NCBI GenBank assembly: GCA_964514965.1
Contig: CAZETV010000002.1
Span: 150,001 to 182,000, forward strand
Reading direction: 5' to 3'
From: Candidatus Hadarchaeota archaeon
Lineage (GTDB): Archaea; Hadarchaeota; Hadarchaeia; Hadarchaeales; Hadarchaeaceae
Length of the DNA: 32,000 nucleotides
Made by a program: the position numbers and the translations under genes. Positions 31,715-32,000 of this stretch are shown one piece after another (position 1 is the first letter of the stretch; each line of letters begins with the position of its first letter). The notes beneath the pieces were generated by a model. The model was not told the origin of the DNA. It did not search any database and saw nothing but the letters and a program-made list of their open reading frames with translations.

Positions 31715-32000
31715 CTATGTTCCAACACGAATGCTCTCGCTCAGGTTCCGAAGAGTCTGAATAGCTGAGAGCGCCGCGAGGTAGCTCGTCTTTGGGGAAT
31801 CGGAGAACGATACATTCCGCGCCTCGGTGACGAGCTCTCCTGCCTTGCCCAAAACGCGAATCTCGTGAATGTTGCGGTTAAGCTTTGGGTCGGCGACGAT
31901 ACGAACTTTTGTTTTATCTAGTCCTATACCAGCCAAGCTCAGGGTTGCCGCTACATTAACACTTCTAGGGAATGCCTTAACCGCTTCTCGTGCAGAACCC
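31715..32000 (-). CDS. nadX: L-aspartate dehydrogenase (DUF108 type), C-terminal part (runs off window)
   Basis: In-frame extension of the track ORF: GSAREAVKAFPRSVNVAATLSLAGIGLDKTKVRIVADPKLNRNIHEIRVLGKAGELVTEARNVSFSDSPKTSYLAALSAIQTLRNL. Confidence 0.88.
   Translation of the reverse strand, partial: GSAREAVKAFPRSVNVAATLSLAGIGLDKTKVRIVADPKLNRNIHEIRVLGKAGELVTEARNVSFSDSPKTSYLAALSAIQTLRNLSESIRVGT

Overview
Archaeal translation/transcription super-cluster. Every supported protein and RNA gene lies on the minus strand. In transcription order (high to low coordinate) it reads: nadX (3' part) - nadA - nadC - small wHTH-like protein - DUF763 protein - intron-containing tRNA-Tyr - 5S rRNA - tRNA-Asp - divergent thyX - degenerate 3' half of tRNA-Asp - mntP-like pump - tRNA-Lys - rpoH - rpoB (undivided) - rpoA1 - rpoA2 - rpl30e - nusA-like - rps12 - rps7 - EF-1A - rps10 - tRNA-Ser - archease - rtcB - SPOUT methyltransferase - rpl3 - rpl4 - rpl23 - rpl2 - rps19 - rpl22 - rps3 - rpl29 - eIF1 - RNase P component 1 - rps17 - rpl14 - rpl24 - rps4e - rpl5 - rps14 - rps8 - rpl6 - rpl32e - rpl19e - rpl18 - rps5 - rpl30 - rpl15 - secY (5' part). 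Most of the window is ordinary conserved synteny. The most notable signals are: (1) a tRNA-Tyr(GUA) gene interrupted by about 51 nt that resolves into three putative introns of 19, 12 and 20 nt, two with full bulge-helix-bulge folds drawn by hand; (2) a 41/47 direct repeat of the 3' half of tRNA-Asp bracketing a divergent thyX, in the geometry left by tRNA-targeted integration; (3) tRNA-Ser ending 12 nt before the likely archease start in an archease-rtcB pair; (4) a roughly 204 bp non-coding gap with TATA-like boxes splitting the otherwise compact spc operon. No clearly new defence, CRISPR or mobile-enzyme system was found.
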